37,606 nt of DNA, from assembly GCA_900770805.1 (NCBI GenBank), contig CAAGLP010000098.1, positions 1 through 37,606 on the forward strand. Reading direction: 5' to 3'. Numbering within the stretch: the first letter of the stretch is position 1; each line of letters starts with the position of its first letter. This DNA comes from an uncultured Paraprevotella sp. GTDB lineage: Bacteria; Bacteroidota; Bacteroidia; Bacteroidales; Bacteroidaceae. A program made the position numbers and the translations under genes. The notes beneath the pieces are model-generated. The model saw only the letters and a program-made list of their open reading frames with translations. It did no database searches and was not told where the DNA came from. This document shows positions 9,016 through 17,100 of the stretch, in pieces.

Positions 9016-10965
9016 ATGAAAAGACATTTTCTTTTATTACTACTTTGGATAATAGGCATGAGTGTGTTTGCCCAAGATAAGTTTGACGAGTTGCAGTACA
9101 GCAGCGAGGAGTGTGTGTTCAATCTGAACGCCCCCAGCAGCGTGCGTTCTGTGAAGGTGAGGATATACCAGAGTGCCGATGCCGTGAAACCCGTGCATGT
9201 GCTGAAGATGAGACGCAATGGCCTGGACCGTTGGCGTGCAAGTCTGAAGGGCGATTGGGCAGGATATTTCTATACCTTCGACATAGGTCGTGGCGAGTGT
9301 CCGGGTACCTTTGCCAAGGCAGTGGGCGTGAACGGAAAGCGTGCTGCCATTGTCAGGATGGAAGATACCGACCCCGAGGGTTGGGACAAGGATGTGCGCC
9401 CAAGGCTGGAGAACGCATCGGACATGATTGTTTACGAGATGCATCATCGCGATTTCAGTATACATCCCTCCAGCAAAAGTCGTTATCCCGGCAAGTTCCT
9501 TGCCCTGACAGAACCGCACAATATCTGGTATCTGAAGACCTTGGGCGTGAATGCCGTGCAGATACTGCCCAGTTACGACTACTTTACCGTGGACGAATCT
9601 CAACCGGAGAAACCGCAGTACAACTGGGGATATGACCCCTTGAACTACAATGTGCCAGAGGGAAGTTACAGTACCGATGCAAGGACTCCCGAGGTGAGAA
9701 TACGTGAATTCAAGCAGATGGTGCAGGCGCTGCACGATGCCGGCATCCGTGTTATCCTGGATGTGGTGTATAACCATTGCATGAACATAGACGGCAGCAA
9801 CTTCCAACTGACTTACCCCGACTACTACTATCGCAAGACTGCTCCCGGACAGGGTGCCAGTGGCGACATAGGCACTACGGGCGGAGACTATGCCAACGCT
9901 TCGGGCTGTGGCAACGAGACAGCCAGTGAGCGTCCGTTGATGCGCCGCTTCATGCTTGAGAGTGTCCGTTACTGGGTGGAGGAGTACCACATAGACGGTT
10001 TCCGCTTCGACCTGATGGGCATCCACGACATAGAGACCATGAATCTCATACGCAAGGAACTGGACAAGATAGATCCATCCATCACCATCTATGGTGAAGG
10101 TTGGGCCGCCGGTTCTCCTGCCATCGACTATAACCTGTGTGCCATGAAGGCGCACACCTACCGTATGCCGGGCATCGGTGCGTTTGCCGATGAGATGCGC
10201 GATGCACTGCGCGGTCCATTCTCGGACGACACGCAGTCTGCCTATCTTGCCGGCAAGGCAGGGCACGAGGAGAGCGTGAAGTTCGGCATTGTTGGCGGCA
10301 TTGCCCACAATGGCGTGGATATGTCCAAGGTGAACTACAGCAAGGCAGCCTGGGCAGCACAGCCCTCACAGCACGTAAGTTATGTGAGTTGTCACGACGA
10401 TATGAGTCTGGTGGACCGTCTGCGTACCAGCATCCCAGGCATTTCCGACAAGGAGGTGGTACGCCTGAGCCAGTTGGCGCAGACCTTTGTGCTGACCTCG
10501 CAGGGTGTTCCCTTCCTGTGGGCAGGCGAGGAGGCTTTCCGCGACAAGAAGGGTGTGCACAACAGTTACAACCAGCCCGACTCCATCAACCAGATAGACT
10601 GGTCGCGACTGATGGAACATCCCGAACTGTTTATGTACTATCGTGGTCTGATAGATATACGCAAGCAACATAGGGCATTCCGCATGGGCGATGCCAGTCT
10701 GGTACGCCAGAATCTTCGTTTCCTTGATGCACCTTCATGTGTGATAGCTTTCACTCTGAATGGTGCTGCCGTAGGTGACAGTTGGAAGGAGATTGTCTGC
10801 GTGATGAACAGCAACAAGACACTCCAGCAGGTGGATGTTCCCGAGGGGCAGTATACCGTGGTATGCCGCGATGGCATGGTATGTGCCGATGGCTTGGGCA
10901 AGATGCACGGAGGCAAGGTTACCGTTGCTCCGCAATCTGCCCTGATAATATACAAGACCGAATAA
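9016..10965 (+). CDS. pulA: Type I pullulanase (GH13)
   Basis: YNWGYDPLNYNVPEGSYS, VILDVVYNH, GFRFDLMG, YGEGW, YVSCHD. SPI signal peptide ending VFAQD. Confidence 0.9.
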   Translation: MKRHFLLLLLWIIGMSVFAQDKFDELQYSSEECVFNLNAPSSVRSVKVRIYQSADAVKPVHVLKMRRNGLDRWRASLKGDWAGYFYTFDIGRGECPGTFAKAVGVNGKRAAIVRMEDTDPEGWDKDVRPRLENASDMIVYEMHHRDFSIHPSSKSRYPGKFLALTEPHNIWYLKTLGVNAVQILPSYDYFTVDESQPEKPQYNWGYDPLNYNVPEGSYSTDARTPEVRIREFKQMVQALHDAGIRVILDVVYNHCMNIDGSNFQLTYPDYYYRKTAPGQGASGDIGTTGGDYANASGCGNETASERPLMRRFMLESVRYWVEEYHIDGFRFDLMGIHDIETMNLIRKELDKIDPSITIYGEGWAAGSPAIDYNLCAMKAHTYRMPGIGAFADEMRDALRGPFSDDTQSAYLAGKAGHEESVKFGIVGGIAHNGVDMSKVNYSKAAWAAQPSQHVSYVSCHDDMSLVDRLRTSIPGISDKEVVRLSQLAQTFVLTSQGVPFLWAGEEAFRDKKGVHNSYNQPDSINQIDWSRLMEHPELFMYYRGLIDIRKQHRAFRMGDASLVRQNLRFLDAPSCVIAFTLNGAAVGDSWKEIVCVMNSNKTLQQVDVPEGQYTVVCRDGMVCADGLGKMHGGKVTVAPQSALIIYKTE

Positions 10966-10976
10966 AACCTAAGGCT

Positions 10977-12278
10977 ATGTTCAAGACGGGAAGACTGTAT
11001 GCACTGTTGGCGCTGTGCTGCATACCTTTCATTTGCAGTGCCGAGGACCGTGTGGTAGGTGGCGACATATCGCTGATACCTGCATACGAGCAGGCCGGAG
11101 ACCAGTGGCTGGATGCCGATGGCAATGTTATCCCCGACCTGATAACGTTCCTGCACGATGAGGCAGGTTGGACCGCAGCACGTGTAAGGCTGATGGTTGA
11201 CCCGACACAGGATAGCGACCCTGGTACGTGCCAGGGCTTGGAGTATGTGAAGCAACTGGGCCGACGCATAAAGGAGGCCGGAATGCTGTTCCTGCTGGAC
11301 ATATTCTACAGCGACACATGGACAGACCCTGCCCAGCAATGGATACCGCAGTCCTGGAACATGGACAAGACTACCGCCACCAATGCCTTGGCAGACAAGG
11401 TGCGTGCCTATACTACAGAGAGCATAGATGCCCTGGTGGCGGCAGGAGCCACGCCAGACTATGTGCAGATAGGCAACGAGGTCAGTTACGGTATGTTGTG
11501 GGACAACCTCTCCGCCAAGGACAAGAGCAGGCACGTAATCTATCTGGATCCGCAATGGTTCTCATACGAGAAGCAGGAGGCGCAGATTATCCGTCTGGCA
11601 TCCTTGCTCGGAGCAGCGGCAGAGGGTGTCCGTGTCTCTGATGCCAAGGAGGCACGCATCATCCTGCATATAGAACGAAGTGGCGAGCCCGAGTGGGCAA
11701 GGAATTTCTATGAGTGGGTTGCCAAGGCCGGTTTTACGGATTACGACATCATTGGATTGAGTTATTACCCCTTCTGGCATGGCGACCTCAATACTTTGTC
11801 CTCAACGGTAAAGACAATGAGACAAGCCCTGCCTGGAAAGGACATCCACCTTGTGGAAACTGCCTACAATTACCAGTGGGGACCGTCGGATGCAGTGTGT
11901 AAGGACTGGGAGTTTACCAAGGAGGGCCAGGCTATGTTCCTGCATGACCTGGTGAAAACCTTGAATTCCCTTGATGTAAAGGCTCTGTACTATTGGTTTC
12001 CTGAAGAGTGCGGCAACGGCAAGAATGCCGTGGTGCAGAACGGTTGGCTCAACCGCGGACTGTGGACCAACGGCAACAGTCCCCATGCCCTTAATTCCAG
12101 GGAAGCCCTTGATGCCTTCAAGGCTTTTGCCCCTACTACCGGTGTGAAGGACATTACACCGTCGGGTGCATGCAGTACCGACAAGATTTACGACATGGGT
12201 GGCCGGCGCCTGTATGCCGTACCCGAACACGGCGCCTATATCCGTGGCAATGAGAAGTTCCTGTGTAAAGAAAAGTAA
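10977..12278 (+). CDS. GH53 arabinogalactan endo-beta-1,4-galactanase with a T9SS-type C-terminal tail
   Basis: GGDISL, VQIGNEV (acid/base Glu), IIGLSYYPFWHG, LVETAY (nucleophile Glu). Signal peptide MFKTGRLYALLALCCIPFICSA. The C-terminus KIYDMGGRRLYAVPEHGAYIRGNEKFLCKEK resembles the amylase tail. Start set at 10977; the upstream ORF extension overlaps pulA. Confidence 0.85.
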   Translation: MFKTGRLYALLALCCIPFICSAEDRVVGGDISLIPAYEQAGDQWLDADGNVIPDLITFLHDEAGWTAARVRLMVDPTQDSDPGTCQGLEYVKQLGRRIKEAGMLFLLDIFYSDTWTDPAQQWIPQSWNMDKTTATNALADKVRAYTTESIDALVAAGATPDYVQIGNEVSYGMLWDNLSAKDKSRHVIYLDPQWFSYEKQEAQIIRLASLLGAAAEGVRVSDAKEARIILHIERSGEPEWARNFYEWVAKAGFTDYDIIGLSYYPFWHGDLNTLSSTVKTMRQALPGKDIHLVETAYNYQWGPSDAVCKDWEFTKEGQAMFLHDLVKTLNSLDVKALYYWFPEECGNGKNAVVQNGWLNRGLWTNGNSPHALNSREALDAFKAFAPTTGVKDITPSGACSTDKIYDMGGRRLYAVPEHGAYIRGNEKFLCKEK

Positions 12279-12295
12279 CAATATCCATAACCGTT

Positions 12296-14764
12296 ATGTT
12301 GATGAAGTTCCGTTCTCTGATTATGTGGCTATGCCTTTGCCTGTTTGCCCAGGCCCATGCCCAGCGCACCGTTTTAGACATCCGTGATTGGCAGTTCTCG
12401 CGCGACAGGCAGACATGGCATTCCGTACGTATTCCGCATGACTGGGCCATAGGAGGTCCGTTCGACAGGAAGTGGGACCTGCAGTTTGTGGCCATAGAGC
12501 AGAACGGCGAGAAGGTTGCCACGGAGAAAAGCGGACGTTCGGGCGGTCTGCCATGGATAGGCAAGGGTTTCTACCGTACCGAACTTTTAGTTCCGGAGGG
12601 TTATGGGCATGCCATGCTCAATTTTGACGGGGCTATGGCAGAACCTGTTGTCTACGTAAACGGACAGGAGGCAGGACGCTGGGTGTATGGCTATAATGCT
12701 TTCCAGATAGATGCTACTCCATACCTCAAGGCCGGTCAGCGCAATACGATAGAGGTGACTCTGAACAACGTGGAGGAGAGCAGCCGCTGGTATCCCGGCG
12801 GCGGCCTTTACCGTCCGGTGTGGCTTACGCTTTCTTCCGAAGCGCATATCCGTGACTGGGGGACTTTTATCCGCACCACAATGGCAAAGGGAGAGGGCAG
12901 GAAGGCAGTGCTGGCCGTAAGCAACCATATTGAGGGACTGGAGCACCGTCATTCGCAGGCCCGTGTGGAATATGCCCTGCTTGATGCCGAGGGACATTGT
13001 GTGGTCCGTAGCGAGGAGGCAGTGGATGCCTTGGGCAACTGTGCTACGGAACTGAAATTGTCCAAGGCCCGCCTGTGGAGCCCGGAGACACCTTATTTAT
13101 ATACGATGCGCACACGCCTGACGGTGGACGGCAAGACGGTGGACGAAACGACAAACAAGGTAGGTGTACGTACAATCCTTGTTGACGACAAAGGCTTCCA
13201 TCTCAACGGAAAACTCAGGAAGTTCCAGGGCGTATGCCTGCATCACGACCTGGGTCCCCTGGGTGCTGCTGTCAACCGTGCGGCACTCATACGTCAGATA
13301 CGCATATTGAAGGACATGGGATGCGATGCCATCCGCACTGCGCACAATATGCCCTCCACCATGCAGATGGAGGTGTGCGACTCCATGGGTATGATGGTCA
13401 TGGCAGAGAGTTTCGATATGTGGCTGTATCCCAAGTGCAAGAACGGCTATGCCCTGCATTTCGGGGACTGGGCCGAGCGCGACATGACCAACCTTATCCT
13501 GTGCCACCGCAACCATCCCAGTATAGTGATGTGGAGCATCGGCAACGAGATTCCGGAGCAGTGGAGCGTGCAGGGACGTCAGTTGAGCCGTTGGCTTCAG
13601 GACATCTGCCACCGTTTGGACCCCACACGACCGGTTACGCAGGGTATGGACAAGGCCGAGGCTTCCTTGCAGAGCGGCTTTGCACAGGTGATGGACGTGG
13701 CTGGTTTCAACTACCGTGTGCATAAGTTCGACCAGAGCATCTCCCAATTGCCCCAGAAGGTACTGCTCGGCAGCGAGAGTGCCAGTACCGTTTCTTCCCG
13801 TGGAGTGTACGACATATCCTGCTCTTCTCCGCGTGAGGCAAAGGCGGTGACATCAGGCGGTTTCCCCTTGGAAGGCCAGTGTTCTTCCTACGACACCGAC
13901 TTCTGTTATTGGAGCAATCTGCCCGAGGCTGACTTCATAATGATGGACGACCGTCAGTGGACCATGGGACAGTTCGTGTGGACGGGCTTTGACTACCTTG
14001 GCGAACCTACCCCCTACGACGAGTATTGGCCCAGCCGTAGCAGTTATTTCGGCATCTGCGACCTGGCCGGTCTGCCCAAGGACAGGTATTATCTCTACCG
14101 CTCGCAGTGGAACCGAAAGGACCATACCTTGCACATCCTTCCTCACTGGAACTGGAAGCGAGGCGATGAAGTCCCCGTGATGGTCTACACGGACTTTCCC
14201 GAGGCAGAACTGTTCTTGAACGGCCGTAGCCTTGGACGACAGAAGAAACAACCCTATACCATCCCCTCGGGCACTGCCGAACAGACAAAAAACCTTGTAG
14301 AGACAAAAGGCCTGCTCCGCCGTTACCGTCTGATATGGGATGCCGTGAACTATGAACCTGGCGAACTGCGTGTGGTGGCCTACGATGCAGAGGGTCGTCC
14401 TGCCATGGAGAAGACAATGCACACGGCAGGTGCCCCGACAACGCTGAAACTGGAGGCCGACCGTAGTGTTATAAAGGCAGGAGGAGACGACCTTGCCTTC
14501 ATCACCGTAAGCATGCGGGATTCAAAGGGCACTCTGTGCCCAGATGCGTCGGACAAGGTATCCTTTAATGTCAGCGGCGCAGGCACATTGCGTGGCCTGT
14601 GCAACGGCGATCCCACTTCTATGGAATCTTTCCTCGGTTCGGAAATGCACTTATTCCACGGTCAACTTGTTTTGGTAGTGCAGTCTTCCGTTCATCCTGG
14701 GAAGATAAGGATAGATGCATCCTCGGGCAATATAACCTCCACTATAGAAATTTCTGTAGAGTAA
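12296..14764 (+). CDS. GH2 beta-galactosidase
   Basis: 822 aa with a signal peptide (CLCLFAQAHAQ). GH2 sugar-binding, Ig and TIM-barrel order, with NHPSIVMWSIGNEI (acid/base) and LLGSESAST (nucleophile region). An alternative start at 12302 is possible. Confidence 0.85.
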   Translation: MLMKFRSLIMWLCLCLFAQAHAQRTVLDIRDWQFSRDRQTWHSVRIPHDWAIGGPFDRKWDLQFVAIEQNGEKVATEKSGRSGGLPWIGKGFYRTELLVPEGYGHAMLNFDGAMAEPVVYVNGQEAGRWVYGYNAFQIDATPYLKAGQRNTIEVTLNNVEESSRWYPGGGLYRPVWLTLSSEAHIRDWGTFIRTTMAKGEGRKAVLAVSNHIEGLEHRHSQARVEYALLDAEGHCVVRSEEAVDALGNCATELKLSKARLWSPETPYLYTMRTRLTVDGKTVDETTNKVGVRTILVDDKGFHLNGKLRKFQGVCLHHDLGPLGAAVNRAALIRQIRILKDMGCDAIRTAHNMPSTMQMEVCDSMGMMVMAESFDMWLYPKCKNGYALHFGDWAERDMTNLILCHRNHPSIVMWSIGNEIPEQWSVQGRQLSRWLQDICHRLDPTRPVTQGMDKAEASLQSGFAQVMDVAGFNYRVHKFDQSISQLPQKVLLGSESASTVSSRGVYDISCSSPREAKAVTSGGFPLEGQCSSYDTDFCYWSNLPEADFIMMDDRQWTMGQFVWTGFDYLGEPTPYDEYWPSRSSYFGICDLAGLPKDRYYLYRSQWNRKDHTLHILPHWNWKRGDEVPVMVYTDFPEAELFLNGRSLGRQKKQPYTIPSGTAEQTKNLVETKGLLRRYRLIWDAVNYEPGELRVVAYDAEGRPAMEKTMHTAGAPTTLKLEADRSVIKAGGDDLAFITVSMRDSKGTLCPDASDKVSFNVSGAGTLRGLCNGDPTSMESFLGSEMHLFHGQLVLVVQSSVHPGKIRIDASSGNITSTIEISVE

Positions 14765-14781
14765 TTTGGTTATAAAAAGTA

Positions 14782-14815
14782 GTGGCGGCACGAGTCTTTA
14801 TCTTCGTGTCGCCAC
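14782..14815 (-). terminator. Hairpin terminator between the convergent GH2 and nudC genes
   Basis: 12-bp stem gtggcggcacga / tcgtgtcgccac with one G-T pair and a 10-nt loop. On the minus strand it is followed by tacttttta. Confidence 0.6.
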
Positions 14816-14828
14816 ACATGTATGGTGT

Positions 14829-15608
14829 CTACTCTCCGTGTATAAGCCTGTATGCGATTGAGCCCTTGGGTGGAGTGGCAGGGCAATTGTCTCGTGGGAA
14901 CCAGGCTGCACGTTGCAGTTCGCTTTCCTGTACATGTATTTCTCCGCTTTCGTATTCAGCGGTGAAACCAAGCATGAGCTGTGAGGGGAAAGGCCAGCTC
15001 TGGCTTCCGAAATAACGGATGTTGCGAACGCTGATTCCTGTTTCTTCCATGATTTCCCTACGTACAGCCTGTTCTGCAGATTCACCGGCCTCCATGAATC
15101 CGGCCAAGCAAGAATAGTATTGTGTAGTGCGTTGGCGGTGAAGTGCCAGAAGAATTTCATTTCCACGGTTCACCAACACAATAATGCAAGGTTCTATGCG
15201 AGGGTAGATGGTGGCGTGGCATTCGGGGCATACGAGCGAGGTTTCTTCCTCGGTAGTACCTGGCTTCAAACGTGTACCGCACCTTGTGCAGAAGCGAGTC
15301 TTGTCCAACCACTCGTACAGGGCCTTGGCTCTGAAATGTGGTAAGGAAAGCGCCTCACCATAGGTGGCAAAGTAGGTGCGTAGTGAGATAGGATGGTATT
15401 GGTCGGGAAGTTTGTCTGTTGGTGGCAGCCCCAAAACGCAGAGATTGTTTTGCCTTTCTTCGAAAAGCATACCATTGTCCGACAAGCATTTTAATTGCTC
15501 TATGTCGTAAAATGTCAGTGGTTTGTCATCACATCTCAGTATGGTTTCCTGGCCTATTATGACAACACAACGGCAGGAGGAAGTTTCGGGAGAGAAGATG
15601 ATGGCCAT
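14829..15608 (-). CDS. nudC: NAD(+) diphosphatase / NADH pyrophosphatase (Nudix)
   Basis: Zinc ribbon CTRCG...CPEC. Nudix box GFMEAGESAEQAVRREIMEETGI. NudC signature SQSWPFPSQLM. Confidence 0.9.
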   Translation of the reverse strand: MAIIFSPETSSCRCVVIIGQETILRCDDKPLTFYDIEQLKCLSDNGMLFEERQNNLCVLGLPPTDKLPDQYHPISLRTYFATYGEALSLPHFRAKALYEWLDKTRFCTRCGTRLKPGTTEEETSLVCPECHATIYPRIEPCIIVLVNRGNEILLALHRQRTTQYYSCLAGFMEAGESAEQAVRREIMEETGISVRNIRYFGSQSWPFPSQLMLGFTAEYESGEIHVQESELQRAAWFPRDNCPATPPKGSIAYRLIHGE

Positions 15609-15622
15609 GAATAGAGAAAATC

Positions 15623-16231
15623 TTAGCGTGTCTTACGCATTATGATTCGGTACAGATTGCAACCTAGGAAGTTGCCTGAGGCTATTGCCAACCAGAAGGC
15701 AAGTACCTGTGGCAAGTGGGCAAGGGTGAAGTCCACCGGTACGCACAAATAGAAAAAAGAATCTGCCACACAATGGGGGAAACCGCAATTGATGAAAACG
15801 GGTATGCCGAAAAGCATGGGCAGGTTCTTGCCTTCTCGTGCAAAGGTAACAATGGTTGTCATTATGAAACCGCATCCTATTGCTAAAATACCGCCTTTTA
15901 TCGGTCCCAATTCCAAACGGGCTTCCATAATAGCTTGTGCTGTTTCCTGAAGTGGCATGGGGGAACAACGCAAGATCAGCGACATGGCTCCGCAACCAAG
16001 TATGTTGCCGAATAGTATCAGCAATACCTGAGAGAATTCTCCTTTCTTGAAGAAACCGGCAGTGCCAGTGTATAGTTTGAGACTATATCCCACTACGGCC
16101 AAAAGTCCGAAAGAGAAGAGTGTAGCTCCTATGATGTTTTTCTCTGCCAGGTAGCCAAAGCCGGCAATGCCAATGCAGAGGCCTGCGATGAAGGCAGAGC
16201 GAAGAATAAACCAGATGTCTTTTGCGGTCAT
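15623..16231 (-). CDS. Compact formate/nitrite transporter (FNT)-family-like channel protein
   Basis: 202 aa with six hydrophobic segments. FNT-like motifs KLYTGTAG, FGNILGCG, CGFPHCVADSF, SGNFLGCN. Start taken at MTAKD (16231) because the longer ORF to 16435 runs through the promoter region. It ends 14 nt before nudC. Confidence 0.6.
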   Translation of the reverse strand: MTAKDIWFILRSAFIAGLCIGIAGFGYLAEKNIIGATLFSFGLLAVVGYSLKLYTGTAGFFKKGEFSQVLLILFGNILGCGAMSLILRCSPMPLQETAQAIMEARLELGPIKGGILAIGCGFIMTTIVTFAREGKNLPMLFGIPVFINCGFPHCVADSFFYLCVPVDFTLAHLPQVLAFWLAIASGNFLGCNLYRIIMRKTR

Positions 16232-16273
16232 GTGTATATTCTTTATTATATATAAGATGTGTGAAATCGTGTG

Positions 16274-16281
16274 CAAAGATA
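16274..16281 (-). promoter_or_regulatory. -7 promoter box (TATCTTTG on the minus strand) for the FNT-like/nudC unit
   Basis: caaagata on the + strand equals TATCTTTG on the - strand, 43 nt upstream of the ATG at 16231. Confidence 0.45.
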
Positions 16282-16401
16282 CGGAAAAGTGAGCGTAATG
16301 GCAAAGTATGCATGTGATTATTTGGTAAAATCCCCCATAGGAATAGAGAAACTCCCCATCCGCTTTATGAGAAATCCATATGGAATCTTTGATAAGTGCC
16401 G

Positions 16402-16409
16402 TATCTTTG
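16402..16409 (+). promoter_or_regulatory. -7 promoter box TATCTTTG for the orphan secreted-protein gene
   Basis: Exact TAnnTTTG match, 47 nt upstream of the ATG at 16456. Confidence 0.45.
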
Positions 16410-16455
16410 CAGTGTGACAAGAAAGAAATGTACAACTTTAAACAAACGAAAGACT

Positions 16456-16980
16456 ATGAAAAAGTTTATGATGATTTCTGCAATGCTGATGGCAATGTCA
16501 ATGACATGTAACAGTGTAAGTGCTCAGTCTCAAGGACGTGGACATGCAAAAAATCGTGTGGAACGTCGTGAGCCTCGAAAGGAAACCAATCGAAATGCAA
16601 TTCATAATCGCCCCGGCAATAACTCTCGTCCGGATCGTGTGGCTCACGCTCCCAAACAAAGAGACAGACACGACCCTCGCGTTGTTCCAGCTAAGGCCCG
16701 CTTAGTGAGATGCGAGCCTCCACGAATCAGTCGCGGATGTTATGTGCCCGGGTGGGAAGGCCGTGTTCGTTATCATCACGATGGTCGCTGGGGATACTGT
16801 GTAAATGGTGTCTGGAGATATTACGACTGTTATTATGATCCATACGAGTTCTTCTGCGAACCAGTCCCTGTACATCATGCCCATACCGTATATACCAGCC
16901 ATGCCTCTGCCGGGGAGGTGGCGGCTGGTGTGGTGGCAGGCACCATATTGGGATGTATAATAGGTTCCCTCGCAAATTGA
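16456..16980 (+). CDS. Hypothetical secreted/anchored protein (signal peptide, basic disordered region, Cys/Trp/Tyr-rich module, Gly-zipper-like hydrophobic C-terminus)
   Basis: MKKFMMISAMLMAMSMTCNSVSAQ signal peptide, then an Arg/Asn/Pro-rich stretch. Next comes CYVPGWEGRVRYHHDGRWGYCVNGVWRYYDCYYDPYEFFC, and the protein ends GEVAAGVVAGTILGCIIGSLAN. It has its own TAnnTTTG box. I recognise no family with confidence. Confidence 0.55.
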   Translation: MKKFMMISAMLMAMSMTCNSVSAQSQGRGHAKNRVERREPRKETNRNAIHNRPGNNSRPDRVAHAPKQRDRHDPRVVPAKARLVRCEPPRISRGCYVPGWEGRVRYHHDGRWGYCVNGVWRYYDCYYDPYEFFCEPVPVHHAHTVYTSHASAGEVAAGVVAGTILGCIIGSLAN

Positions 16981-17059
16981 TAAGAGTTATATTTCCTTAA
17001 AACCTTGCGCAGAATTCAAAAAGAGCGCAGAAAACCTATGCCTTTACCGTAATTTATTG

Positions 17060-17067
17060 TATATTTG
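17060..17067 (+). promoter_or_regulatory. -7 promoter box TATATTTG for the manC-like gene
   Basis: Exact TAnnTTTG match, 34 nt upstream of the ATG at 17101. Confidence 0.45.
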
Positions 17068-17100
17068 TCGTACCGACAGGCATAGGAGGATTGTCGGAGA

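Noticed and set aside
119-11555. Very long antisense or alternative-frame ORFs across the PUL genes (119..1165 at 348 aa, 4159..5604 at 481 aa, 5705..6880 at 391 aa, 6223..7044 at 273 aa, 7241..8275 at 344 aa, 9040..10308 at 422 aa, 10638..11555 at 305 aa).
   Set aside because: Each lies entirely inside a confidently identified gene on the other strand or frame. Their translations are low-complexity (rich in G/A/V/H/L/R) with no recognisable motifs. They are the shadow ORFs expected when sense genes use GC-rich third positions.
1-14764. A GC-content contrast. Hand counts on 60-nt samples gave roughly 50-57% in the PUL block and 40-45% in the dcw cluster, which could suggest a horizontally acquired island.
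   Set aside because: pnp and gyrB samples are equally GC-rich (about 55-60%). There are no flanking tRNA, integrase or repeat boundaries. The pattern fits expression-linked GC3 codon bias better than foreign origin. A proper sliding-window GC/GC3 and codon-adaptation calculation would settle it.
14782-15166. ORFs of 77 aa (+) and 122 aa (-) at the 3' end of nudC.
   Set aside because: They overlap the well-supported nudC frame and the terminator hairpin, and show no motifs.
16272-16411. An exact 13-bp inverted repeat, TGCAAAGATACGG (16272-16284) and CCGTATCTTTGCA (16399-16411), 114 bp apart.
   Set aside because: The two arms are the extended -7 boxes of two divergent promoters. The same GTATCTTTG(C/T)A core occurs at the pnp and gyrB promoters, so this reflects promoter consensus and not a dedicated structure.
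17035-17086. An 8-bp inverted repeat CCTATGCC / GGCATAGG bracketing the manC-like promoter box, plus a GCGCAGAA direct repeat at 17007-17032.
   Set aside because: The repeats are short, and a rough estimate puts the chance of such an 8-mer match within a 120-bp region at about 0.1. There is no further symmetry or phasing.
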